From the NCBI GenBank assembly GCA_050084515.1, contig CM114271.1, forward strand, positions 6,634,001-6,698,000: a stretch of DNA of 64,000 nucleotides, in the 5' to 3' direction. Positions 1-12,485 of this stretch are shown here, piece after piece. Position numbers and translations under genes: made by a program. The notes under the pieces are model-generated. The model worked only from the letters and a program-made list of their open reading frames with translations, had not been told where the DNA came from and did no database searches. Within the stretch, counting starts at the first letter, position 1; every line of letters begins with the position of its first letter. This DNA comes from Blasia pusilla (Eukaryota).

Positions 1-754
1 GTGTTTGGGTGCAGATCGGCGATGAGTTCGTGACCTACTGAACGTACGCTTCCGCAACACTAAAGATTGACGTTCAAGGAGAGTAGGGGCGCAACAATTG
101 GGCTTGACGAGAGCCGATGTGGAGCGTTTTCCATTCCGAATACATACATCCTTGGGTGGAGCGAGTGCCACACAGTATATCACCCGACATGAGGTCATGG
201 TGAGGATTCATCCTGGACACCCTACAAATAAGTCTATGGTGCGAGCCAAGGTGATAGTAACTGATGCAGAGTCCTATGACGTCTTGGTTGGTGGAGTAGT
301 GTTGTACCCGATGGGGTTTTCCCTGGATCGTTGGGAGGAGTCAGCGTCCTATAGACCAGGATGGCAGTCAAATGACGGGCGCCTTAGCTCATTACCCAGT
401 CGATTTACAAGTGCAGTGATTGAGCGACGGCCAGGAGAGATGGCGAACTTAGCAGCATTTAGCAGCGTCATCACTTGGCCTATTGACTTGATTGAGGGAC
501 ATGTCCATGTAGAGGATACTCCCGTTCTTGACATTTCTATGGAGAGGAGTATCATGGTAGCCGCATCAGTCCGTGGAGGAGAGGTGCCGCTTTGGGAGCT
601 TTGACGCTTAGCCATTGAGCATGTGCAGACTGCGTGGAGCGAGACCTTTGCCCCAAAGGATGACGGATCAGAGGAACCCGAGGTAGCCGAGAGTGCTATG
701 ATGACGCCCTTGGATACCACACCCATTATGTGGCGCATCCAAGAGGAGGGTATT

Positions 755-1690
755 CAGATGTTGGATCTCTTTGGAGGGATCAACCTTGGGTTAGCTGTTG
801 TTTTGGAGGCAAGAGTACGCGTGCAGTAGTACTTGTATGTGGAGATTGATCATGTTACGAGGCGTGATTCACTTCACCATGTGGGGAAGTTACGCCTCTA
901 TTTTCCTTACTTATTGTCTGCATCCGCTGTCCAGGGATACCAAAGTTCCCTACCGTGGGATATTTCATTGCTGGGGGCACAGGACTTGGAGCGGATAGGG
1001 GCCATAGATTTGGTCATTGCTGGTTGGCCGTGTCAGGGCCAATCGCGTGCTGGATGAGGTAGCGGGCTAGTTGACACTCGGTCCATGTTATTCTGGGAGA
1101 CAATGCGGATTGTGCGACACTTGCAGGAGCATCAGTCCCGTTCTTTACCATACATTTTGGAGAATATGCCAATCTTTGGCAATTCGAGATCACTGGCGGT
1201 GACGAGTGCAGATCATGTGCGTGCATGGATGGCTCGCCAAGATTTTTGGATGCGACGAGTGTAGGTTCTAGACCACACTGCTCGCATCTTTGGTGGTCCC
1301 ACATGAGGTTTTACGGAGGGCGTATGCTCGCGTGGAGCGTCCCTCCGATTTGTTGGTGGATTCTATTCTACATCCAGCTCATCGAAAATAGGTAGGTAGG
1401 CATGATGATCGACCGCCGTTGAGTGTGGTCAACAGGATTGGCATGCCACGGGCAGCCTTTCCCACATTTGTGAGTTTTTCTGCTTCCTATGCATTCCAAG
1501 AGGCTGAACCTAGCTAGGTTTGGGATGACCAGGTAGAGAGGTTGGTGGAGCCCAACGTTGATGAGCGAGAGCAAGGGATGGGATTCCCCACATGAATGAC
1601 GATAATACCGTCACTATCACAAGCATCACGACGTCATGTCTTGGGTCAGGCGATGGACCTGAACTGCTTGACATGGATTTTCACCTTAGT
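755..1690 (+). pseudogene. DNMT3-like DNA (cytosine-5) methyltransferase domain embedded in Gypsy pol
   Basis: Motifs in canonical order across stops and frameshifts: I LDLFGGI, II YVEID, III WDI, IV DLVIAGWPCQ, VI YILENMP, VIII FLDATSVGSRPHCSHLWW, IX EPNVDEREQGMGFP, X RRHVLGQAMDLNCL. Confidence 0.88.
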
Positions 1691-2069
1691 CATAGCTGAG
1701 CAGCGTCTTTTGAGGATACGATAGATCACAGCTATTGCACGGGTGAGCCCCATGCCTACCGAGACGGTGGAGGCAGTGGCTGGGGGCGAGATCCATCATG
1801 GGTGATCGGGAGAGACACCCTTGGACTTCTTGGGATGTTTTGCAGGTACGCATGGAGATGATAGCCACAATATCAAGCGCGATTTCGGGTACTGCACGTG
1901 GAGAGGAGAGTTCTGTTGTCCATAGCAACCACCAACACCCGCGCCGGAGAGTCGTACCGTAGTCACGATGGAGACTTGGGAGCTAGATATGGGCCCTAAG
2001 TTGACATGAGGAGAGCAGCGCCGGATACACCGGTTCCTTAGGAGTTATAGGAGGTGTTTTGCATTTAGT

Positions 2070-4559
2070 ATGCATGATTTGGATACGCTGAAGGGTCAAG
2101 GGATCTGTATTGAGTTATCGAATGACACGCCGATCTTCCGACAACCCTACAGGTATAGTGATATGAAGAGGGATTTGATTCAAAGTAGAATTCGGGACTT
2201 GGTTGGAGCAGGACTAATGAAGATGTCACATAAAGAGTATACATCTGCCACTCTCATGCCCACCAAGAAGGATGTGCAAGCCAATTGGACGGATAGGCGG
2301 ATGTGTGGAGATGACCGACCTATCAATTCACAGACGAAGTCCGATAGGTATGCCATGTCCATCCTTGAGGAGATCTTTGATGCAATTGGGCATACAAAGG
2401 TCTTTTAGTTCATTGGATTTGCAAGCCAGATACCATCAATTTCCTATCTGATTGGAGGACAGGCAAAAGACGGCATTTTAGGGCATCAATCCTCACGAGA
2501 ATGATTGTTTGTATTAGTGGCGGTTCTTACCATTTGGGTTAAAGAACGCCCCGGATGAGTTTCACAGGGTCATTGATAGGATCTTGGCAGGTCTGGATTT
2601 TGCTAGGTGTTATATTGATGACATCGTAGTCTTTAGCGCCATTGTTGAGGAGCATGAGCGACATCTAGAGGAGGTGTTTTGATGATTGCAGTTATATAAG
2701 CTCAAGCTACATCCAGGAAAATGCAAGTTCTTCTACGACCAGATTGAGTAGTTAGGTCATATGATATATCCAAAGGGCCTTGGTGTGCATCAGACGAAGG
2801 TAGAGGCTATTTCACGTATTCCATGCCCTACATATGTGGGTCGAGTTCGTGCATTCATGGGATTGGAAATTTTCTATCAATGGTACGTCAAGGGTTTTAG
2901 TTCGATTGTAAAGCCACTAACCTTGCTGACCAATGTGGATCAAGAGTGGCATTGGGGGGATGAGCAAGAGAGAGCATTTCAGATGCTCAAGGATAGACTG
3001 ACGTCCGTGCCCATATTGAGGAGACTGATCAGGGGGCGTCCTTTCCAAATGCATACCAATTGGAGCATGTTTGAGCTTGGAGCCGTGCTCACCCAACATG
3101 AAAATGATAGTAGAGAGTTTGTGGTGGCTTACGCTAGTCGCTCGAACAATGCTGTAGAGGCGAAGTATACTTTGTACGAGGGTGAATGCTTGGTTGTAGT
3201 GTGGGCTGTTGCACATTTCAGATGTTATCTATTTAGCAATCCCTTCACCATCATAACTGATCACCAACCACTTAAGTGGTTGATGGAGTCCGACAAGCTT
3301 ACAGGGAAGCTTGCGAGGTGGGCTCTTTTGTTGCAAGAGTATGACTTCCATGTGATGCATAGACCTGCAATGCTCAACCAGCATGCAGATGGTTTGAGCC
3401 GTAATCCATGCCCGAGTCAACGAGATGCGATTGGAGCTCATTGGCACGGTGAGAGTGATGAGAAGTTAGTGTCAGGATGGCACACGTCATCCTATTTGGG
3501 CTTGTTGGCTATTGGGAGCCAAATTGTTGAGACAACGATGGCGAGGTCTGATGGAGAGTCCTTAGATCCAGAGGCCGATGAGGAGACGATAGGTGGCCGA
3601 GACATTCATGGCAATGGAGTGGTCTTGGAGTACCTGCGTACTGGCAGCGTCACGAGCACAGTGGGTGCTAAAGAGCGGGATCAAATCCTACAGCGAGCCA
3701 GACGGTTCCGGTGGGAGGGGACACATGTGTTGCAAGTTTGGGAGGATGGTAGAGTGCGGGTGGTGCCTCATCCTTTGCACAGAGTACGTTTGGTGTGTCA
3801 TGCCCACGAGGAGTTGGATCATTTTGGAGTGAAGCGGACGTACAACTTGCTCCAGATACAATATTGGTGGCAAGGCATGCACACTGACGTTCAGTAATTT
3901 GTTGCCAAGTGCATGGTGTGTGATCGAGTCCGAGCATCGTTCAATACTCCGACTCCATAATTGCATCCACTTCCGATCATGGATTTAGGTTATAGCTGCA
4001 GTTTGCCTTTGACGGAGCGCCATAATTGTTATCTGTTGGTGATGGTCGAGCACTTCTCGAAGTGGATAGAGTTGGTTGCATTGCCTGACAAAGCGAGTGA
4101 AGGAGTAGCGTATGCCTTCCTAGATCAAGTGTTGAGTCATTACGGCGCACTAGCTGAGGCGTTGACAGACCAGGGTATAGAGTTCATGGGGAGTTTGATG
4201 CCTTGCATTGTGTGATCACGCGTTGATCGACCACTGCATTACTTTGCAAGATTATCCTGAGGCGGATGGACTAGCAGAGCGGGTTGTGCAGACGGTGAAG
4301 AGAGGATTACGCAAGTATGGGTTGGAGAGAGGTCACCTAGGAGATTGGGACCTCCAGTTGCCGTGGTTGGCAATATGATACAGATTCAGCAGGCAGGCAG
4401 GCATCTTTAGCGGCTTTCTCACCGTACTTGCTTTTGTATGGCCGAGAGCCAAATTTACCTGCGGCCATTTGTCGAGATGTTAGTGAGATGTTGAACCTTG
4501 ATGACCCTCATGTTTAGATGCGAGCATGTTCTCATATGATTGAGTGGTTCCGGAGAGTG
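2070..4559 (+). pseudogene. Gypsy reverse transcriptase / RNase H / integrase
   Basis: ORFs 2070-2408, 2761-3897 and 3961-4215 plus the intervening stop-interrupted frames carry RT, RH and IN motifs. Confidence 0.92.
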
Positions 4560-6830
4560 GGAAGTCTACGGCAATGGGAACAAAAATGCACTTGGAGCAA
4601 AAACAAACATATTTTTTGTGCTTATCAGAGTAGGAGTATTGGACCCGCTTGACCAGGTTCCACTGCATGGAGTTTTTAAAGGGAGTTTCTTGAGAGGGGG
4701 TAGGCTCTTCCCATAAATGAAGCAAACATATTTCAGAGCTCGTCAATACTTAGGCTATTTCTCCACCTTTCCTTTTACTCAAACCTTATGCAACAACATT
4801 AATATGTACACAAGTACACACAGATAAATTACCTTTCCAAGTTGCACATGGTAATGACTAAAACTCAAAGACTCAACTTTGAATATGAACACCTTAAAGA
4901 CAACATCCTTATATAGAAGAGGAGCGGTAAGAGGAGAGGAAGAGAGGAGAGAGGAGAGAGGAAACTACCTTCAACCGAAATAGATACTTTTTTTTGAAGA
5001 GAGTTTCCGTCGGGTTGAAGAGAGGAAAATTTTTGTTTGAATTTTTTTGCACTTTTTTGTTCATATATTAAGCGATCCCTACAGCTTTTTTTTTTTTTTT
5101 CCTCTTCCATATTTTGGCAACCCCTCTGAGTCCGACGAGTTGCAAATTGCACAAAATTTAGAAAACTGAAAAATCAGTGGAATCATAAGTGTGGAACCAA
5201 TCACTTTTTCCATCCAAGGTCTGGAAAAAATCTATCATTTGCCCAGGGCTGAATAGAGTTCAAGCTCAAAGTGAAGGTTGAGAAAAAAATAAAAGTACAA
5301 TCTAAAACCTCATTTTCCATCCTCAAAGTGGTTTGTTTAAAATACTTCGAACTTCTTAGAGGGACAGAATTGGTTGGTGGATTCCTACTCCTACCTCCGA
5401 CTCTCTTAAAACTACCAGCAACACATAGTACATGTGCTTACAAGGGAAATACCTTTTGCCACTTGTCTCTCTTTGGACAAAGTCATCACATGAACATGTG
5501 GGAAAGCAACACATGTGCACCACATACACCCCTATGACACTTGAATTTACAATGTTGTTCCCGACCCAATACATCCTTCTTATTCCATTGCCACTCAAGA
5601 CATCTTTCGTGGCGATGATCTCCATTTTTGCCTCCCGAGCTGATGCAATTCGCTTTGCTCTCTCCACCGTTGGCCTGCACATTCTGTTTCTCTTCATCCC
5701 ATTTCTAGACTCAAACAGAAATAATGGATTGAGATCATCCACGTTCTCCGGGTACATGTTGACATCAATATTGGGTTGAATACAAAATGCAAAGGTCTCT
5801 GTAATGCGAACATGCTCCGAACTTCCCCCGTCTACGAGTCTGAAACCGGCACTTGTAAGATTGTCCACTTCGTCTTGAGTGCAGTTTGTGCCTGCGGCGA
5901 TGGGCCAACTCGTGGGGGTATTCCTGGGAGCTCCAATGGCAGCCGGATAAGACTTTCGGAAAGCGAAAGATTCATTTGGGCAGAAGAAGTACTTCAATTG
6001 ATCCCCGGTCCTCGTGAAAGGATCAAAGGTTTTGAGTCCCCAAAACCTGTGCAAAGGTTTTGTGCGTCGATCCTTATCTGATTCTTATTTGGGAAAGTGC
6101 CGCATGCTCTCCTAATGCCATCAAATCCTGCCCTGCAGGTGGGTCCACGTCCTGGGTTGCTCCGAGATATATGCCACTGTCTTAGGTTGCAATCCACCTC
6201 CATTACCGGAATCCCATATTGTTGAACCACCCCAGTGACAGGATGTTACGAACTTCCAACAACTGAGGGCTTTTGAAATAAAACATTCACTCATTTTGGA
6301 GAAGTAACTCCATCACGGATTTGGGACCGGTCCGGGGTCCCCGAATATCTGGGCGGTGTAATTTCCTCATCCAAATCAATCACCGGATTCGTTCCTCGAT
6401 CCTGCCTCTTCACCTGTCTGAAGTCAAGATACTTATCTGATCTCCACGAGTCTCGTTCGGACTGCTCTACCACCATCTGTATGGGATGTCTTGAAACCCG
6501 CCCACGAATATCCCCACCTATGTGTACGTCTTGCTCGAGTGGAGTTCCAGCTACGTACCGGTTGAAGGCTTCGACATACAATTTTTCATCACCAGATCTC
6601 ACACCCGCCCTGACATAGAGCTCGTAGATCGACGGCCCCTTTCCTTTTGTTATGCCTTTTGTGAGGAAGATATGGGATGTTGCAGACTGTAGCATTGCTC
6701 TTGCCTGGTCTTGTTGGCATGCCTCCACAAGTGAAATTCGTTGGCATACTGGTGACGACATCCTAGAGGAATGAACACTTTCTGCTCCACTTGTGTTGGG
6801 GCAGAGGGCATTTTCATGAACGTTCAATCC

Positions 6831-7290
6831 CTGCAACGACGGCAATGTTAGAAGGGAACGAAAATAACTCATGAGTCAAAGAAATAAGCGACCTGTAGGA
6901 ACCAGATGGGTTGTAGGCCCAAGATATCCCATGAACGACTCTGCAACCCGTTGGGTCTCGACGTGTTGTAACCTTAAATCCACCTACTGCAACCCGTCGG
7001 AACCGGACGGGTTGCAAGGCCGAGGCATCCCATGAACGACTCTGTGACCCGTCGGGTCCCGACGGGTTGCACCAAACATCTGGATGCAACCCGTCGGTTT
7101 CCGTCGGATTGCACCCTCGGGCAACCCGTCGGTTTCCATCGGGTTGCACACTCGGGCAACCCGTCGCATCCGACAGCTTGCTTGGTTTCTTCCGTTTGAA
7201 ATCCATATAGTTCCCACGCTTCTCACCCTGAGCTACAACTTTACAAGCAATTCTCAGCGTGAGCTTGACAAGACAAAATAGTGAACTCAC
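6831..7290 (-). other. Spliceosomal intron in MULE-1 transposase, filled with palindromic repeats
   Basis: Minus strand CAG|GTGAGT donor, CTAAC branch-like site and TTGCAG| acceptor. Splicing joins ...NFMRQ to GLNVHENALCPNTSGAES in frame. Confidence 0.8.
6890..7185. repeat. Cluster of ~7 copies of the 27-bp palindrome GCAACCCGTCGG-N3-CCGACGGGTTGC
   Basis: e.g. gcaacccgtcggaaccggacgggttgc at ~6989. Confidence 0.9.
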
Positions 7291-9245
7291 CTGCCGCATG
7301 AAGTTTCCCCATTGTCTCATACGTACAGTCCACCAACTCAACCAAGAGCACAACTCTTTGTACTTCCCCTCAATCGCATGCTTCCTCCACCACCCATGAA
7401 GTTCTTCCTGGCATTCCATGGCCTGCTTCAAGGTTTTGCTGTCCTTGCAGCGTTGGAGTAGAGTGACATGCTCTGTCCTCTTATTCTCCTTGATGCAAGA
7501 TTTGGTGTACCGGATCACAGACTTTTGCCAATGGAAAGCATCCGACCTTTCCCTCTCCGGTTGAACCTCTCCACCCCAGAACACTTCCCGGATAGCAATC
7601 CACCCAGGTTGTGCATTGTCCACCATGAACCCATAAATTTCCGGAGGTGGCCTTTTGTTTTCCTTCACCACCTCCAATAAGAGTAACCAACACATCTTCA
7701 AACTGCCAACGTCTTCTGCCTTTACTTCACAAACAAATATAGTTTTGAGTCCCTTCTCCACATGGTCATAAACGTGAGCACCCATCGTCAACCATCCGTT
7801 CAGCATTCTGTAGCAAATATCAAAGCTTACCCAACTCCCGTAAAGATCTTCCCCTTCCCTCATTCGATCTATAAGATCGAGGCCACTCGACGGACCTGTC
7901 GTTGACATTTTGAAGACATAGGCCCTAGATCCCTCGCCTCCTTGGCCCATGAACTAACATCTCTAAATGAATGGAAATCTGGAGTTGGCCTTGATTCTGG
8001 CGATGGCATCCATTTCGGCCGTCTTTCCATCCAGAACTCGTATTTGACGCAGCACATTCCGGAAGCATTCAGGATCAGCGAGAAATGCGAGATTCTCCCA
8101 GAGTTGTTTCTCCTCAACCGCCGTAATCTCGCCCTGTCCAGGGATTCCAAGAAATTGTTCACAAATTTGTGATGCCGTTGTGAGCTTGATCACTCCGGGC
8201 TTTGAACCCGGAGAGTTTCTGTAGACCTCGGCTACTTTCTTCGCCACATCCTCCTTGATGTGTCTTTGAATTGCATCGGTCACAGGATGAGTGTGGGAGC
8301 CAACATGGAATGCCAGCCTTGTATACTCTGACGTGGAGCCCATGCATCGGTCAATGAAAAATATGTATGCAGGACACGCTCCAACGCAGAAGGGCGATGA
8401 CTGACAATGAGGACATCGATGGCCTCCCGGCGGTATGGTGGCACCGACCTCGTATGGAGTTTCTGCATTCTTGGGAGGGAATTGCGACGTATTGACTCGC
8501 CCGTTGCGCTCTAGATACGGGCATGTTGGACTTCTACACTCCAAGGCTCCCACGCATTGGCGGCGGGAGACAATCCAAGGACCATCTAGAATTGAAGCAC
8601 TGGTCCATTGAAGCGTGCACCATCGATGACAATCAGACTTTCTGTCCATACCCTTCACGCGTCCTCCATCCTTCTTTTGAGCAGGAGCAGCAAGTGGAGG
8701 CAACTCAAAAATGCAATTACCATCGTACGTGGGCGGCAGCTCATCGACAAGAATGTGCTTGAACATTTTCAAGGCCAAAGACGAAATCAAACTATTGCTT
8801 GATACTCGCAAGAGGAACGAGTAGGCGGACAGAGTGCCCGATTGGTGTCCGACAGATCCGCTGAGGTTGATAACATCCGGAATCTCTTCAGGAAGAACAA
8901 CATTGTTCTGGCGGCGGTTGGAGTCGGCCGGATCTGCAGAGCTTGGAGTTGCAAACGTAGAGCTCGGAGCACTAGGAAATTCTAGACCGTCTACTTGGGA
9001 AACAGACGAATTCAGGGGCAGGCCGTAAACTCTGTATTGACCATTTGCTAGAGGTAGGAGATTCCATACTTTACGGTCTGAGGTCACTGGCTGGACCGTC
9101 TCACCTATTATGTCTTTCGTACCGTCCACCCTAACATCTTTGGATACAAAGATGGTTCCAATTTGGAGAAGAAATCGAACAGATAGAAAATTTTCATCCA
9201 CTACTATGAAAGACTCACAAGCTTGGGGTCGAATGATTTCTGATT

Positions 9246-9550
9246 GAGGAAGGGCCGCCAGATGATTGCCACAAGTGAGCTTAACATAATTATCCATTCC
9301 CAGAAATTTCGTACGGGAGGAGGGTGAGAATGAGAAAGAGAATGAGAATGAGAATTTTTAATTTATAGTGAATAGGAAAACATATACTCCTGACAGAATT
9401 TTGAGGAAGGGCCTCCAGATAACTGCCACAAGTGAGCTTAACGTAATTATCCATTCCAAGAAGATTCCAACGGGAGGAGACTGAGAATGAGAATCAGAAT
9501 CAGAATTTTTAATTTATAGTGAATAGGAAACAAATACTCCTGACAGATTT
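9246..9550 (-). repeat. ~157-bp tandem duplication of the transposase TATA box, leader and first ~18 codons
   Basis: Two diverged copies of gaggaagggcc...aattatccattcc...atttatagtgaataggaaa...tactcctgacaga. Confidence 0.9.
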
Positions 9551-9669
9551 TTACTGACAAGATGAATTCGATGGGTGACATTGTCTGACACAATGGATCC
9601 AATTCTGTAACACATTCAATTCTGTTGCAATATGTTACCGGATTTGGGAAGCAGAGGGTTGCGCATCAC

Positions 9670-10260
9670 ACTTGGAACCCGTCGGAGTCCTGGTAACTCA
9701 AAAATTACCCGAAGCTAACCGAAGCCTATAACCCGTCGGCATCGGACGGGTTGCACGCTTCTGCTAAACATTGTCGAAGCGAGCAACCCGTCACTCTCCG
9801 ACGAGTTGCTCGGATACCACTCCTTCTTGCCCGAAGATGCCGGAGGCGTGCAAACCGTCTGTTCCCGATGAGTTCCGCGGGTGCCTCACCTTTTTGCCCA
9901 AAGACGGCGAGGCGTGCAACCCGTCGCCCTCCAACGGGTTGCGCAAGGGCCTCGCCTTGTGGTGCGGCCAGCCGGACTCCGACGACTTGCACGGGAAGCC
10001 CTCGTTCTTAACCCTTGATGAGGGAAGCGTGCAACCTAACGGTCTCCGACGGATTGCCCAAGATACGTCCCGTTCCCGTCCCAAACACGGCGGAGGCGCG
10101 CAACATGTCGGTCTCCGACGGGTTGCGTGGGTACCTCGCGTTCTTTTCCGAAGACGACGGAGGCGCTCAACCCGTCGGTCTCCGACGGGTTGCTTGCGCA
10201 CGTGGCGACGTTCCCAGGATGGCAGAGCCGCGCAACCTGTCGGACTCCGACGGGTTTCCA
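9670..10260. repeat. Array of ~10 copies of the 27-bp palindrome in the divergent promoter region
   Basis: Copies at about 9730, 9783, 9850, 9916, 10031, 10100, 10167 and 10232, plus partial copies. Confidence 0.9.
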
Positions 10261-10347
10261 TTTTTCACGTCCGAACTTCCGTAACATCCGGCAGGTCGGC
10301 GTCGAAAGGACGACGGGACCCAACGGTCAGCCCAACGGCTAGAAAAG

Positions 10348-10355
10348 TATAAATA
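10348..10355 (+). promoter_or_regulatory. Putative TATA box of the MULE-1 accessory gene
   Basis: TATAAATA just downstream of the palindrome array and ~275 bp upstream of the ATG at 10624. Confidence 0.5.
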
Positions 10356-11829
10356 GGGCAGAAATCGCTCATTTCCGGTTTCTCATTTCGCGATCTTCAT
10401 TCCTCACTCTCCCGCGCAGCAGCTGATCAGATACGAAGGGGCATTTCACACGGCGACACATCGCGAGTCGATAGGAGGGAACGAGAGCGAGATGGTTCGA
10501 CTGAGCGATCGCGGGACGATTCGAGCTACCCATCAAGGCGATTCGAGCTCCCCATCTCGACATCAGCAAGGCAACTGATCAAGGGATTCCTCGTGGATAT
10601 AGGTGGAGGCATTTCTGGAAAAAATGACGAGGAAAAAATCACAAGCCAATAAGTCTGGGAGCTTCACTCCGAAGTCCATTAGGACTCCTACGTTTGCTTC
10701 TCGTGGGCCTCGTTTGGCGAATGAAATTAGGCAGCAAGAAATCGAGGAGCGGGAAAGGGAAGCGGAGATGCACAACCAAGTGCTTCTTGCTAGACGTGTT
10801 CAAGAGGCGCTAGATAAACAGAACGCAGAGGCTGAGACGTCGCAGGCCTTGAAGAAAAGGATCGCCGACGAAAAGAGAGAAAAGAAGCGTCGACGCAGCG
10901 TCGGTGAGGAGGGGAATTGGCTAAAGCGAGGAGGGAAAAGCGATAGCCATTGGCGATAGCCACCGCCCAACCGCAAGTGTTGAGATGCGGAAATGTCCCC
11001 ACGAAGTCCGGGACACAATCAACATAGTGGAAACGCCAGAAGTTGAAATCGATGATGACGAGGTCATGAGGACCGCCAGCGTGGAGATGGTGGACATGGC
11101 CGAAGAAGCCGGAGAGCGGTCATTCTCGACTCCAAGCCCGGTGGAGGACATCAACCTCTATCGGATCGACGAGTTCCCAGTCGATTTTCCAGCTTCTATC
11201 TCAGACAAGTTAGCTGGTCAAGAAACCGACCCCATTTTCGAGCGGGTAAGAGAGGATCTGGGTTTTTTGAATTATGTGAATTCCAATTCATTGGGAATTC
11301 AGTGTAGCTTATTTATCTTGTCCCGGTTCCGACAGGTGGTAAAGCAGATGGCACTCATTGAGGGCCACAACGCCCCGAGGATTCCACTCTGCCGATTGCG
11401 GAAAATGGAATACGTCGGCGAAATTCAGTCCGACGAGGATATCACGAAGCTTAAACAATCGGCGGCGACAACATCCTACATCGACAGCTTTCCTCCCTTC
11501 TATGTTCAGCCTTACGACGAGCATGGAACCCAAGCTTTGGTTACGGAGGAGGACTTGGAAAAGCTCGACACATTCTGGAGGATGCGAGACCAGGATTTCA
11601 GAAGGCAAGTTTAGGGCACGGAATTCAGCTGGATGAGGAATCTGCATTTCTTCATCTGGGATGGAAATCATAGGTTCATGGCGTGGACCAAGTTTGCGGA
11701 GGAGCGGCCCAACTCATTGGAGGCACATTTCTGCGTGAAGGCAGTGGTCCTTCACCCATTCCCTCATCACATGGCGACGGTGGAGATGGCAATGTATGCC
11801 ATGAACACGTGAGTATCTTTAACACTTAC

Positions 11830-12485
11830 GCAACTCGTCGGACTCCGACGAGTTGCTCGATTGATGAATGGGTTAGGTTTGTTTTTGCCGAAAGCAACTC
11901 CTCGGACTCCGACGGGTTGCTCGATTGCACGCTATTTCAGATGTTTTTTTAAGAATGCAACTCGTCGGACTCCGACGAGTTGTTTGATTGACCACAGATT
12001 TAATTAGTTTTTGGCCCAAAGCAAACTGTCAGAGTCCGACGGGTTGCTCGACTCGCCGCCTTGTCAGGATGTTTTTTGAAGAATGCAACTCGTCAGACTT
12101 CGATGAGTTGTTCGACAGACTGCAAGTTTAGAAGGTTTTTTCCCCAAAGCAACCCGTCGGAGTCCGACGAGTTGCTTGCCTCGAAACTATTTTTGGCCGA
12201 AATCAACCCGTCGGAGTCCGGCGGGTTGCATTCGGAAGTTGGTTTCCCAAATTTCGCGTCAAATTGCAAGTTTACATTCAATTACGCAACCTGTCGGACT
12301 CCGACGGGTTGCTATGTTCGCGTTAGTATGTTCAGTTGCACAACCCGTCGGAGTCCGACGGGTTGAAACCAGGCATTAGCAAATCTGAATGCAATCCGTC
12401 GGACTCCGACGGGTTGCATCATTTAGCTCGTTTCTAAAATCCGACCTTGAGCTGTGACGACCCGTCGGAGTCCGACGGGTTGCAG
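11830..12485. repeat. Intronic array of ~11 copies of the 27-bp palindrome
   Basis: Starts at 11830, 11894, 11957, 12021, 12085, 12149 (63-64 bp period), then ~12203, 12286, 12340, 12391, 12457. Confidence 0.92.

Larger units (their letters stand above)
1..4559 (+). mobile_element. Degenerate Ty3/Gypsy LTR retrotransposon pol (PR - C5-MTase - RT - RNase H - IN), cut by the window edge at left and interrupted at ~4559
   Basis: Gypsy domain order: protease tail SYDVLVGG, RT (DRRMCGD.RPIN, PFGLKNAP, YIDD at ~2611), RNase H (VAYASRS, TDHQPLKWL, ARWALLLQEYDF), integrase HHCC and core (VEHFSKWIE, TDQGIEF). Many stops and frameshifts. Confidence 0.93.
5356..9297 (-). pseudogene. MULE (Mutator-like) DDE transposase with N-terminal Cys/His Zn-binding (GCM/WRKY-like) region and C-terminal SWIM finger
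   Basis: N-term CVGALEC..CP...CPHC...CPA...HVGSHTHP; catalytic region WVSFDICY, GFMVDNAQPGWIAIREVF...DAFHW, NTSGAESVH; SWIM CSCDDF...PCKH. ORFs 7963-9297 and 6814-7950 are in the same frame, separated by two TAGs. One intron (6831-7290), two further stops near 6291 and 6250, and a frameshift near 6060. Confidence 0.85.

Noticed and set aside
4560-4600. Defined TIR/TSD pair for MULE-1
   Set aside because: No reverse complement of GGAAGTCTACGG and no resumption of the interrupted Gypsy sequence found; only weak subterminal similarity.
7951-7965. In-frame TAG codons as programmed readthrough, alternative code or U-to-C editing
   Set aside because: Frameshifts and TAA/TGA stops also occur in the same genes, the context is nuclear, and mutational decay explains them.
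9726-10352. Several overlapping Arg-rich ORFs
   Set aside because: By-products of the GC-rich palindrome array; no domain signatures.
11830-12485. CRISPR-like look: 27-bp palindromic repeats with 36-37 bp spacers
   Set aside because: Spacers are related to each other in alternating fashion, the array lies in a spliceosomal intron of a plant TE, and no cas genes are present.
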